From Chloroflexia bacterium (GTDB lineage Bacteria > Chloroflexota > Chloroflexia > DTKN01), in the NCBI GenBank assembly GCA_049970175.1, contig JBMFNL010000004.1, positions 1,822 to 65,821 of the forward strand: a DNA stretch of 64,000 nt, written 5' to 3'. How positions within the stretch are numbered: the first letter of the stretch is position 1; the number at the start of each line of letters is the position of its first letter. The notes beneath the pieces were generated by a model. It ran no database searches. It saw only the letters and a program-made list of their open reading frames with translations, and was not told where the DNA came from. Shown in pieces: positions 28,991 to 37,387 of the stretch. The translations under genes were made by a program, and so were the position numbers.

Positions 28991-29034
28991 CGTTTCGGGC
29001 CGCCAGGTTTCGATACGCGCTACGCGCTACTCAA
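28991..29034. repeat. Short dispersed intergenic element, copy C (cgtttcgggccgccaGGTTTCGATACGCGctacgcGCTACTCAA)
   Basis: Read directly. It sits 120 bp downstream of the 476-aa gene stop. Confidence 0.5.
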
Positions 29035-29083
29035 CCTACATTCGTGCCAGAACGAGTTATGTGTGGATGTCAGGCCGGGTAGG

Positions 29084-29112
29084 TTGACTGCGCAGAGGTT
29101 TCGGGATATACT
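29084..29112 (+). promoter_or_regulatory. Promoter TTGACT-17-TATACT upstream of mltG
   Basis: Read directly. Confidence 0.45.
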
Positions 29113-29140
29113 ACGGCCCGGAAATTGTACCTGGGTCTCG

Positions 29141-30244
29141 ATGGAGGAAACGGTGCGCGAATTCCTGCGCTTTCTCTTCTTTCTTCTGCTGATCGCCTCC
29201 CTGATCGTGGTGGGGGTCCTCTTCTACGCCATCCGCTTTCTGCGCACCTCGGCCCCGGCCCTGCCCTCTTCGGCGAACGTGGTTCGGTCGGGAGAGGTGG
29301 TCTTTGTGATCGAGCCCGGCGAGACCACGGCCGGCATCGCCCACCGCCTGGCCGAGCAAAACCTCATCCGGGCCATCTGGCCCATCCCGGCGGACTGGCT
29401 CTTCCGCACCTGGGCCTGGGTGCGGGGGATGGACGGGCGACTGGAGGCCGGCCGGCATGTCCTGCGCTACGGCATGACCCTGGACGAAATTCTGGAGGCG
29501 CTGGCCGTTTCCCCCACGGTGGAGGAAATCACCTTCACCATCCGCGAGGGGCTACGCCTGGAGGAGGTGGCCGAGGTCCTGGAGGCCCAGGACGTGATGT
29601 CGGCCGAGGAATTCCTGGAGGCCGTGAAACAACCCTACGATTACGATTTCCTGGCCGACCGCCCGGAGGGCGCTTCCCTGGAGGGCTATATCTTCCCCGA
29701 TACCTACACCGTCCCCCGGACCTACACCCCCACCCAGGTCGTGGACTTTATCCTGCAGAACTTTGACCGGCAATTCGACGCCGAGATGCGCCAGGAGGTC
29801 CAGGTCCAGGGGCGGACCGTCTACGAAGTGGTCACCCTGGCCTCGATTGTGGAGCGGGAGGCCGTGGTGGATGCCGAGCGTCCCATCATCGCCGGCGTCT
29901 TCCTCAACCGGCTGAAGGCCGGCTGGCCGCTTGCCGCCGACCCGACGGTGCAGTATGCCCTGGGCTATAACGCCCGGCAGGGAACGTGGTGGCCGGTGCT
30001 CTACTTCGACGAACTGGGCATCGAAAGCCTGGACGAGATCGACAGCCCCTACAATACCTACCGTTACGCCGGACTTCCCCCCGGGCCGATCTGTAACCCC
30101 GGCCTGGCCTCCCTTCGGGCGGCACTACAGCCGGCCCAGACCGATTACTACTTCTTCGTGGCCAAAAACGACGGCTCCGGCGAGCACGCCTTCGCCCGAA
30201 CGGCGGAGGAACACGCCGCCAACGTGGCCCGCTATCAACGGTAG
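29141..30244 (+). CDS. mltG: Endolytic murein transglycosylase MltG (YceG family)
   Basis: N-terminal TM helix FLRFLFFLLLIASLIVVGVLFYAI. YceG-like body with the conserved PYNTY motif near the C-terminus. Confidence 0.8.
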   Translation: MEETVREFLRFLFFLLLIASLIVVGVLFYAIRFLRTSAPALPSSANVVRSGEVVFVIEPGETTAGIAHRLAEQNLIRAIWPIPADWLFRTWAWVRGMDGRLEAGRHVLRYGMTLDEILEALAVSPTVEEITFTIREGLRLEEVAEVLEAQDVMSAEEFLEAVKQPYDYDFLADRPEGASLEGYIFPDTYTVPRTYTPTQVVDFILQNFDRQFDAEMRQEVQVQGRTVYEVVTLASIVEREAVVDAERPIIAGVFLNRLKAGWPLAADPTVQYALGYNARQGTWWPVLYFDELGIESLDEIDSPYNTYRYAGLPPGPICNPGLASLRAALQPAQTDYYFFVAKNDGSGEHAFARTAEEHAANVARYQR

Positions 30245-30316
30245 GACCGTTCACACGTACCGAAGCCCGTCCAAACACCCCGCAGGAGCGGGGTATCCTG
30301 AGGGAGAAGCAGCCGA

Positions 30317-31078
30317 ATGACCATCGGGTTTCGACAGGCTCAACCCATCGCACTGGCCGCCTTCCTGGGCCTTTTCCTGGGAACGCTTCTGGGCGTGCTC
30401 ATCCAGCGCCTGCCCCGGGAGGACCACCTCCGTCTTTTCCGCCGGCCGCGCTGCACCCGCTGCGGGCAACCGCTGGGCTGGGAACTTGTGCCGCTCCTGG
30501 GCTACCTCCTCCAACGGGGGCGCTGTCGGCACTGCGGAAAGCCGATCCCGGTTTTCTTCCCCCTGGTCGAACTCCTGACCGGGACCGTCTTCGCCCTCCT
30601 GGTCTGGCGGCACGGCCCGAGCGGCACGGCCGGCCTCTACGCCGTCTTCAGCCTGGCCCTCATCTTGACCCTCTTCCTGGACTGGCTGCACCGGGACATC
30701 TATTACCTGATCATCATCCCCCCCGCCGCGCTGGCCTTGCTTTCCCCGCTCTGGGGAAACAACCTGCGAGCGGAACTTCAGAGCCGGCTGGCCGGCCTGG
30801 GGGTCGGCCTGATCTTCTTCGGCCTGCTCTTTCTCCTGGGGCAGGTGCTCTTCCGCAGCCAGGCCCTGGGCCTGGGGGACGTCTGGCTGGCCGGGAGCAT
30901 CGGGGCGATGGCCGGCTTCTACGGAGCGCTATGGGCCCTTTCCCTGGGCATCGTCCTGGCCGCCGTCGCCGCCGGGCTGCTCCTGCTCCTCCGGCGGCAT
31001 TCGGCCGGCGACTATATGCCCTACGGCGCCTATCTCTGTCTGGCCGCCCTGGGCTATTTCTGCTTCGGCCCTATTTGA
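30317..31078 (+). CDS. pilD: Type IV prepilin peptidase (A24 family)
   Basis: Zn-finger CxxC...CxxC (CTRCGQP...CRHCGKP) preceding the polytopic peptidase body. Confidence 0.8.
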   Translation: MTIGFRQAQPIALAAFLGLFLGTLLGVLIQRLPREDHLRLFRRPRCTRCGQPLGWELVPLLGYLLQRGRCRHCGKPIPVFFPLVELLTGTVFALLVWRHGPSGTAGLYAVFSLALILTLFLDWLHRDIYYLIIIPPAALALLSPLWGNNLRAELQSRLAGLGVGLIFFGLLFLLGQVLFRSQALGLGDVWLAGSIGAMAGFYGALWALSLGIVLAAVAAGLLLLLRRHSAGDYMPYGAYLCLAALGYFCFGPI

Positions 31079-31096
31079 CACGGTTGGAGAACTCCG

Positions 31097-31777
31097 GTGG
31101 AAGTCTGCCTGCTGGCCTATACGCCCGAACCGCTGCGGCTCCTCTACACCGCCGCCCGCACCTGCTACAGCGCGGCGAGGCCGATGGAGTTGTGGGGAGA
31201 GCCGGCCGCGCCGGAGCGGATGAAGCGCCTGATTCGCCAGGTGGTGGAAAGCGGACACCACTCCATCCTGGAACACGTCTCCTTCACCTTTGCCGTAGCC
31301 GGTATCTCCCGAACGGCCAGCCATCAACTCGTCCGCCATCGCCTGGCCTCCTACAGCCAGCAGTCCCAGCGCTATGTCCGGGGGCCGTTCCCCTATGTGA
31401 CGCCGGCCTCCTGGGAACGGGCCGGGGCAGAGTGGCTCCGGCGCTACCAGGAGGCGATGGCCGGCCTGGAGCGCCTCTACCAGGAAGCGGTGGCGGCGGG
31501 CATCCCCCCGGAGGATGCCCGCTTCGTCCTGCCCCAGGCGGTGACCACCCACCTGACCATGACCATGAACCTGCGCGAACTCATCCACGTCGTCGGGCTG
31601 CGCACCTGCCTCCGGGCCCAGTGGGAGATACGCGAACTCTTCACCCGGGTGGCCGAACTCGTGCGCGCCGTCGAGCCCTTCCTGGGCTCTTTCCTGGTGA
31701 CCAAGTGCGAGCGGCTGGGCTACTGCGATGAACGGGAAACGTGCGGGCGCTACCCGTTGCGCTCCGAACGCGGCTGA
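31097..31777 (+). CDS. thyX: Flavin-dependent thymidylate synthase ThyX
   Basis: ThyX signature RHRxxSxxxxSQRY (QLVRHRLASYSQQSQRY). Confidence 0.85.
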   Translation: MEVCLLAYTPEPLRLLYTAARTCYSAARPMELWGEPAAPERMKRLIRQVVESGHHSILEHVSFTFAVAGISRTASHQLVRHRLASYSQQSQRYVRGPFPYVTPASWERAGAEWLRRYQEAMAGLERLYQEAVAAGIPPEDARFVLPQAVTTHLTMTMNLRELIHVVGLRTCLRAQWEIRELFTRVAELVRAVEPFLGSFLVTKCERLGYCDERETCGRYPLRSERG

Positions 31778-31794
31778 AGGATAAAGGTGACCCG

Positions 31795-32427
31795 ATGAGC
31801 GAGGCGTTTCTTCAGAAGACGGTGGAAGAGTTTCTGAACGAACTGGCCAGCAAGGCCCCGGTGCCGGGCGGGGGAAGCGTCTCCGCCCTGAGCGGGGCGC
31901 TGGCGGCCGGGCTGGTGACGATGGTCTGCGACCTGACCATCGGCAAGAAGCAGTACGCCGAGGTGGAGGAGGAAATCCGCCGCTACCGGGAGGAGGCGGA
32001 GAACCTGAGGCTGCGCCTGCAAGGTCTCATCCAGGCCGACGTGGAGGCCTACGGCCGGCTGGCGGCGGCCTATAAACTCCCCCGGGAGACGGAGGAAGAG
32101 CAGGCCGATCGCTACGCCGCCGTCCAGGAAGCCACCATGGAGGCCACCCGGGTGCCTCTGGAAATCGCCGAGGCGGCCCGGCGGGTGGTGGAACTTTCCG
32201 GCCCGGTGGCCGAGAAGGGCTCGCGCCTGGCGGTGAGCGATGCCGGCATCGCCGCCCTCCTGGGCGAGGCCGCCGTCCACAGCGCCCTGCTGAACGTCAA
32301 GATCAACCTGCCCACCATCGAGGACGAGCCGTTTGTGGCCGAGGCCCGCCGTCGGATGAAAAAGGTCCTCGCCGGCCTGGCCGAGCGCCGGGAGGCCATC
32401 CTCCGGACGGTCGAGGAAAGATTGTAG
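31795..32427 (+). CDS. Cyclodeaminase/cyclohydrolase-family protein (FtcD C-terminal-like)
   Basis: PGGGSVSALSGALAAGLVTMV motif and all-helical body. Confidence 0.65.
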   Translation: MSEAFLQKTVEEFLNELASKAPVPGGGSVSALSGALAAGLVTMVCDLTIGKKQYAEVEEEIRRYREEAENLRLRLQGLIQADVEAYGRLAAAYKLPRETEEEQADRYAAVQEATMEATRVPLEIAEAARRVVELSGPVAEKGSRLAVSDAGIAALLGEAAVHSALLNVKINLPTIEDEPFVAEARRRMKKVLAGLAERREAILRTVEERL

Positions 32428-32486
32428 GTCGGATGGGCAATCCGACCTACGGCCGACCACAGGGCAGGTCAGATCGACCATCCGAC

Positions 32487-33395
32487 TTACTCCCACAACT
32501 GCTGGAACAGGTGCCACTGCTCCGGGTGGGCGCGGATGCACGGCTCCATGGCCCGGGCGATGCGCTGGACGTTTTCGCGGACGCAGGCTTCGCGCTCGCC
32601 TTCCCGCAGGAGTTCGATGGGCAGCATGTTGACCCGGTATTCCCCCTTTTCCCGGCGGCAGTAGGCCAGGAAGAGGCTGGCGCCGGTATGCAGGGCCAAC
32701 CGGACGTGGCCGTCGGGAAGGAGGGTCGGCCGGCCGAAGAACTCGACCACGGTGCCCTGGCCTTTGATCGGCCGATCGGCCCCGGTCACCACGATTCCCC
32801 CCTCTTCCAGCACGCGGAAGGCGGCGCGTAGGGCCTTGGGCCCCACCGGCATGATGCGCGTCTGCTGAAACTCGCGCAACCGGTTCAGGAAGAGGAAGCC
32901 GCGTTCCTGCTCCGGCAGGACGAGCACGAGCATCGGATAGCCCCGGGCGGTGATGGCCTGGCCGGCCAGGTCGAAACTGCTCAGGTGCGGCGCGATCAGG
33001 ATGACCCCTTTCCCCGAACGGTGGGCCTCGACGAAGCGCGACCAGCCGGGCTCATCCCAGTGCACCATGGCGGCGATTTTGGCCGGCGGAAGGGAGGGCA
33101 GGTAGAACATTTCATAGTACTGCCGGGCGGCATGGACAAAGATGCGCAGCGCCACCCAGCGCCGGCGGCAAAGGCTTTCCCCCAGCACCGGCCGCAGGTT
33201 GCTTTCCAGGATGCCCCGGGTATGCGGGGCAAAAAGCCCCCACAGCCAGGCAATCGTCTGCACCAGTGGGTAACCTATGGCGCGGGGGAGGATGCGGGCC
33301 AGGAAAAGCCCCACCCGCATCAGCCGTTCGCTCAGGGGCCGGGCCTGCCGGAACCACCGCTGGCGGAAGGACGGGAGGCCGGTTGGCATACGCAC
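32487..33395 (-). CDS. Lysophospholipid/lipid A-type acyltransferase (LpxL/HtrB-like LPLAT)
   Basis: LPLAT fold features: N-terminal TM region; catalytic-region motif ILIAPHLSSFD (acyltransferase HX4D-like); VTGADRP. Confidence 0.6.
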   Translation of the reverse strand: MRMPTGLPSFRQRWFRQARPLSERLMRVGLFLARILPRAIGYPLVQTIAWLWGLFAPHTRGILESNLRPVLGESLCRRRWVALRIFVHAARQYYEMFYLPSLPPAKIAAMVHWDEPGWSRFVEAHRSGKGVILIAPHLSSFDLAGQAITARGYPMLVLVLPEQERGFLFLNRLREFQQTRIMPVGPKALRAAFRVLEEGGIVVTGADRPIKGQGTVVEFFGRPTLLPDGHVRLALHTGASLFLAYCRREKGEYRVNMLPIELLREGEREACVRENVQRIARAMEPCIRAHPEQWHLFQQLWE

Positions 33396-33416
33396 ACTCC
33401 TGATTCTATCCGCATC

Positions 33417-35933
33417 CTATCCGGACCGTGAGCGGTCCAGACGGCGACGGGCAGCCTCGTTCCGGCGGACCTCCTCCGGTACCGGGCGGAAGGTAGCCAG
33501 AAACTCCTCCCTGAAGGCCGGAAACGTTCCGTCCAGGATGCTCCGGCGAATGTTCCCCAGCAGTTGGAGGAGAAAGTGCAGGTTATGGATGGTGGCCAGG
33601 CGCAACCCCAGGGTCTCCTGGCTCTGGAAGAGGTGGCGCAGGTAGGCCCGGGAAAAGTGCCGGCAGGTATAACAGGTACAGTCCTCCTCGACCGGCCGGG
33701 GGTCGCGGGCGTAGGAAGCGTTGTGGATGTTCAGGCGGCCTTCGCGCACCAGAAGGGCGCCGTGGCGGGCAATGCGGGTAGCCAGCACGCAGTCGAACAT
33801 ATCCATCCCCCGTGCCACTCCCTCAAAGAAATCCTCCGGCGAGCCGACGCCCAGGAGGTGGCGGGGTTTCTCCCGGGGCAGGAAAGAGACGCACACCTCC
33901 AGCATGGCGTGCATCACCTCCTTCGGTTCGCCCACGGAGAGGCCGCCGATGGCATAGCCGGGGAAATCCATCGCCGCCAGCGTCTCGGCACTTTCGCGGC
34001 GCAGGTCGGGGTAGACGCTGCCCTGGAGGATGCCGAAGAGGGCCTGGTCGGGCCGGCGATGGGCCTTCCGGGAGCGCTCGGCCCAGCGCAGGGTGCGCCG
34101 GTGGGCCTCTTCGGCGTAGTCGCGGGGGCAGGGGTAAGGGGTGCATTCGTCCAGGGGCATAATGATGTCGGCACCCAGTTTCTCCTGGACCTCGATCACC
34201 TTCTCGGGCGTGAACAGGTGGAGGCTGCCGTCTATGTGGGAGCGAAAGGTCACGCCCTCCTCGGCCACCTGGCGGTTGGCGGCCAGGGAAAAGACCTGGA
34301 AGCCGCCGCTATCGGTGAGGATGGGGCCGTCCCAGCCCATGAAGCGGTGCAGTCCGCCCAGTTCGGCCACCACGTCGGCGCCGGGGCGGAGGTAGAGGTG
34401 GTAGGTATTGGCCAGGACGATGGTGGCCCCCACCTCGCGCAGTTCATCGGGGGAGACGGTCTTGACGGTGGCCTGGGTGCCCACCGGGATAAAGACGGGG
34501 GTGGGGACATCGCCGTGGGGCGTATGGAGGAGGCCGGCCCGGGCGGCGCTGTGGGGGTCTTCGGCGACGATCTCGAAGGCGGCCCTCACCCCCGCCCCCC
34601 TACCCCCCTCCCCCTCTCCCAGTGGGAGAGGGGGAGGGGGGATAAGGGGGAAAGGGGTGAGGGCCTGCACCAACCGCTCCGCCAGCAGGTCTTCCGACGG
34701 CCCTTCGGCCCACAGGCCGGAAAGGGTGGCCTCATCCACCGGGAGGCCGGCCGCCTCCAGACGGGCCCGGGCCTCGGCAGGAGGGAGAGCATGCCGTCGG
34801 GCGATGACCTGGTTCAGGGTCCGGACGGCCCGGCGTACCTCCTCCTCGGGCCGGCCGGCCCGGATTTGTTCCACGCCCCAGCGCAGGAGAACCTGCGCCG
34901 CGGCATCGTCCACATCGGCGGTGAGGGTCTCGTCCTGGTAGAGGCGCTCGATGGCACTCCGTAGACTTTCCATAGACCTGGTCTCCTTGGGGCTTCCTCC
35001 GGGTTTCTTATGCCCGACACCCCACCACTTACTCCTCCCGGCTTCTCCAGGTTTCCTACCAAGCCCGAATTCCACACCCGCCGCCCTGCTCTCCTCCCAG
35101 GCCGCTTGCAGCGCCGGGAGGTCGGGAAAGACCGCATCCGGCCGGACCTCGGCCGTTTTCAGGTCCGCCGGCCCATGCACGCCGGTCAGCACCAAAAGTG
35201 TGGTCAGGCCGAGGCGTTTTCCTCCGGCGATGTCGGTATCCAGCCGGTCGCCCAGGATGGCCGTGCGTTTCGGGGTGGCCCCCAGCCGGCGCATCCCCTC
35301 CTCCAGAAGCCAGCGTTCCGGCTTGCCGATGACGATGGGGGAAACGCCGGTCGCCGCTTCCAGGGCGGCCAGGATGGCCCCACAGCCGGGGGTGATGCCC
35401 TCGGGGGCGGGGAAAGTGCGGTCGGGGTTGGTGCCGATGAAGGTAGCCCCGGCCCGGATGAGCAGGGTCGCCCGCCGCAGTTTCTCGTAGGTCAGGTGGG
35501 TATCCAGCCCCACGACGACATAGACCGGCCGCTCTTCATCCCACCGGAAGTAGCCGTCGCCCAGGAGGGCTTCCTCCAGCCCCTGCATGCCGATGAAGTA
35601 GACGCCGGTACCGCGGGGAGCACGGGCCTCCAGGTAGGCGCGTGTGGCCAGCGCCGAGGTCAGGATCTGTTCCGGATGCGCCGGAAGTCCCAAGCGGGCC
35701 AGTTTTTCCGCATACTGCTGGGGGGTACGGGTCGAGTTATTGGTGAGGAAAAGGTAAGGGATGCCCTCCCGGCCGAGCCAGCGCACAAAATCGGCCGCGC
35801 CCGGCAAGGGCATGTCGCCCCGGTAGAATACCCCGTCCAGGTCGGCCAGGAGGTAGCGAATACGGGCCAGCAAAGTGTCCATCGGTCCTCCTGGCGGCCC
35901 ATTATACCACAGTTTGACACCGCCGTTCTCCAT
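33417..35933 (-). CDS. tgt: Fusion ORF: HAD-IIA (NagD-like) phosphatase + ~130-aa helical domain + G/P-rich linker + tRNA-guanine transglycosylase (Tgt)
   Basis: HAD motifs DLDGV, LTNNS, GKP, GDRLDTD (aa ~18-270). Tgt core LHTPHGDVPTPVFIPVGT...LDEC...CTCYTC zinc site. One continuous frame with no stop. Internal ATG at 34973 with AAGGAGA RBS (MESLRS). Confidence 0.7.
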   Translation of the reverse strand: MENGGVKLWYNGPPGGPMDTLLARIRYLLADLDGVFYRGDMPLPGAADFVRWLGREGIPYLFLTNNSTRTPQQYAEKLARLGLPAHPEQILTSALATRAYLEARAPRGTGVYFIGMQGLEEALLGDGYFRWDEERPVYVVVGLDTHLTYEKLRRATLLIRAGATFIGTNPDRTFPAPEGITPGCGAILAALEAATGVSPIVIGKPERWLLEEGMRRLGATPKRTAILGDRLDTDIAGGKRLGLTTLLVLTGVHGPADLKTAEVRPDAVFPDLPALQAAWEESRAAGVEFGLGRKPGEAGRSKWWGVGHKKPGGSPKETRSMESLRSAIERLYQDETLTADVDDAAAQVLLRWGVEQIRAGRPEEEVRRAVRTLNQVIARRHALPPAEARARLEAAGLPVDEATLSGLWAEGPSEDLLAERLVQALTPFPLIPPPPLPLGEGEGGRGAGVRAAFEIVAEDPHSAARAGLLHTPHGDVPTPVFIPVGTQATVKTVSPDELREVGATIVLANTYHLYLRPGADVVAELGGLHRFMGWDGPILTDSGGFQVFSLAANRQVAEEGVTFRSHIDGSLHLFTPEKVIEVQEKLGADIIMPLDECTPYPCPRDYAEEAHRRTLRWAERSRKAHRRPDQALFGILQGSVYPDLRRESAETLAAMDFPGYAIGGLSVGEPKEVMHAMLEVCVSFLPREKPRHLLGVGSPEDFFEGVARGMDMFDCVLATRIARHGALLVREGRLNIHNASYARDPRPVEEDCTCYTCRHFSRAYLRHLFQSQETLGLRLATIHNLHFLLQLLGNIRRSILDGTFPAFREEFLATFRPVPEEVRRNEAARRRLDRSRSG

Positions 35934-35985
35934 CCTTTATAATGGCCGGTGTCCGGTCAGGGTTTTCGGTGGGCGGAGGATAGCG

Positions 35986-36573
35986 GTGATCGCCACCTTG
36001 TACGGCGAACTTCGGGCGCGGGGGGAGGACTGGGTCCTGGTGGAAGTCGGCGGGGTCGGCTTCCAGGTGCGGGTGCCAACTTCCATCCTGGAGGAACTGG
36101 GCGAGATCGGCGAGAAGGTACGCCTGTACACCTGCCTCCTTCTGCGCGACGATGCCCTGACGCTCTACGGCTTTGCCACGCCGGAGCAGCGGGAACTCTT
36201 CGAACTCTTTCTCACCGTTTCCGGCATCGGCCCCAAACTGGCCCTTGCCCTCCTTTCGAGCACCTCGGCCGAGGCGTTGCGGCTGGCCATCGCCCGGGAG
36301 GATGTGGACGTCCTGGCCCGGGTGCCGGGCATCGGCCGGAAGACGGCCGGCCGGCTGATTCTGGAACTCAAGGGCCGGGTGGACCTGAGCCGGCTGGGCC
36401 TGCCGGGGGCGGCCCTCCCGCCGGAACAGGCCGAACTTCTAGAGGTGCTCACCAGCCTGGGCTACACGCCGGCCGAGGCCCGGGCGGCGGCCTCTTCCCT
36501 CCCTCCCGAGGCCAGGGAGATGCCCCTGGAGGAGCGCCTCCGCTTGGCCCTACGCTATTTCGGAGGCGTATAG
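35986..36573 (+). CDS. ruvA: Holliday junction DNA helicase RuvA (GTG start)
   Basis: IATLYGEL...GVGFQVRVP...FLTVSGIGPKLALALL (HhH). RBS GGAGGA 6 nt upstream of the GTG. Confidence 0.8.
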   Translation: MIATLYGELRARGEDWVLVEVGGVGFQVRVPTSILEELGEIGEKVRLYTCLLLRDDALTLYGFATPEQRELFELFLTVSGIGPKLALALLSSTSAEALRLAIAREDVDVLARVPGIGRKTAGRLILELKGRVDLSRLGLPGAALPPEQAELLEVLTSLGYTPAEARAAASSLPPEAREMPLEERLRLALRYFGGV

Positions 36574-36652
36574 GGGTCTTCCGGGAAGGATGGCCGCCCG
36601 TAGCCATCCTTCCCGGGCCCTGCCATGGTGTGGATTGGCCGTCCTCAGGCCC

Positions 36653-37375
36653 TCATCCCGATGACCGACGCCCCGAGGGCATCCTCCGGACCTTCCACCA
36701 AAGGCGCAGGAAGTTGCGCATGGCCCGGAAGACGACCCGGAAACTTCCCCCGGATTGTTTCCCCACCAAGCGGGGGTAGTGGTGCACACCCACTTCGGTC
36801 AGCGTGGCCCCCCGACGACGTGCCTTGGCCAGAATCTCGGTGTTGATGAGGGCCCCGCCAAACTCCAGGTGAATATCCCTCAGGAGGTCCCCCCGAAAGA
36901 CCTTGAAGGCACAGTCCACATCGCGCAGACGCAGGCCGAAGAAGAGGCGCACGGCCAGGTTGAAGATTCGGGCATAGAGCAGGCGGAGCGGCGGATCGCG
37001 CCGGCGAATCCGGTAGCCGGCCACGATGTCGTACCGGCCCACGTAGGGCAGGAGGCGCTCCAGGTCGGCGATGTCGAACTGGCGGTCCGAGTCCATAAAC
37101 ATCACATAGTCGCCCCGGGTGTGGGCAAAGCCGGTCATCAGGGCATCGCCGTAGCCCCGGTTGACCTCGTGGTGGAGGGCGATGACGCGCGCATCCTCGG
37201 CCGCCAGCCGGTCCACGATCTGGGGGGTGGCGTCGCGGCTGCCGTCGTCCACGATGACGATCTCGAAATCTCGCACCAGGCCGGGCAGGACCTCCAGGCA
37301 GCGGCGCACCACGAACTCGATGTTGGCCTCCTCGTTATGGGCCGGCAGGACGACGGAAAGCGTGCTCTCCAGCAC
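36653..37375 (-). CDS. Family 2 glycosyltransferase (Dpm1-like)
   Basis: VVLPAHNEE...IVIVDDGSRDAT...DSD (DxD). Confidence 0.75.
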   Translation of the reverse strand: MLESTLSVVLPAHNEEANIEFVVRRCLEVLPGLVRDFEIVIVDDGSRDATPQIVDRLAAEDARVIALHHEVNRGYGDALMTGFAHTRGDYVMFMDSDRQFDIADLERLLPYVGRYDIVAGYRIRRRDPPLRLLYARIFNLAVRLFFGLRLRDVDCAFKVFRGDLLRDIHLEFGGALINTEILAKARRRGATLTEVGVHHYPRLVGKQSGGSFRVVFRAMRNFLRLWWKVRRMPSGRRSSG

Positions 37376-37387
37376 CCGCTTACCCTC

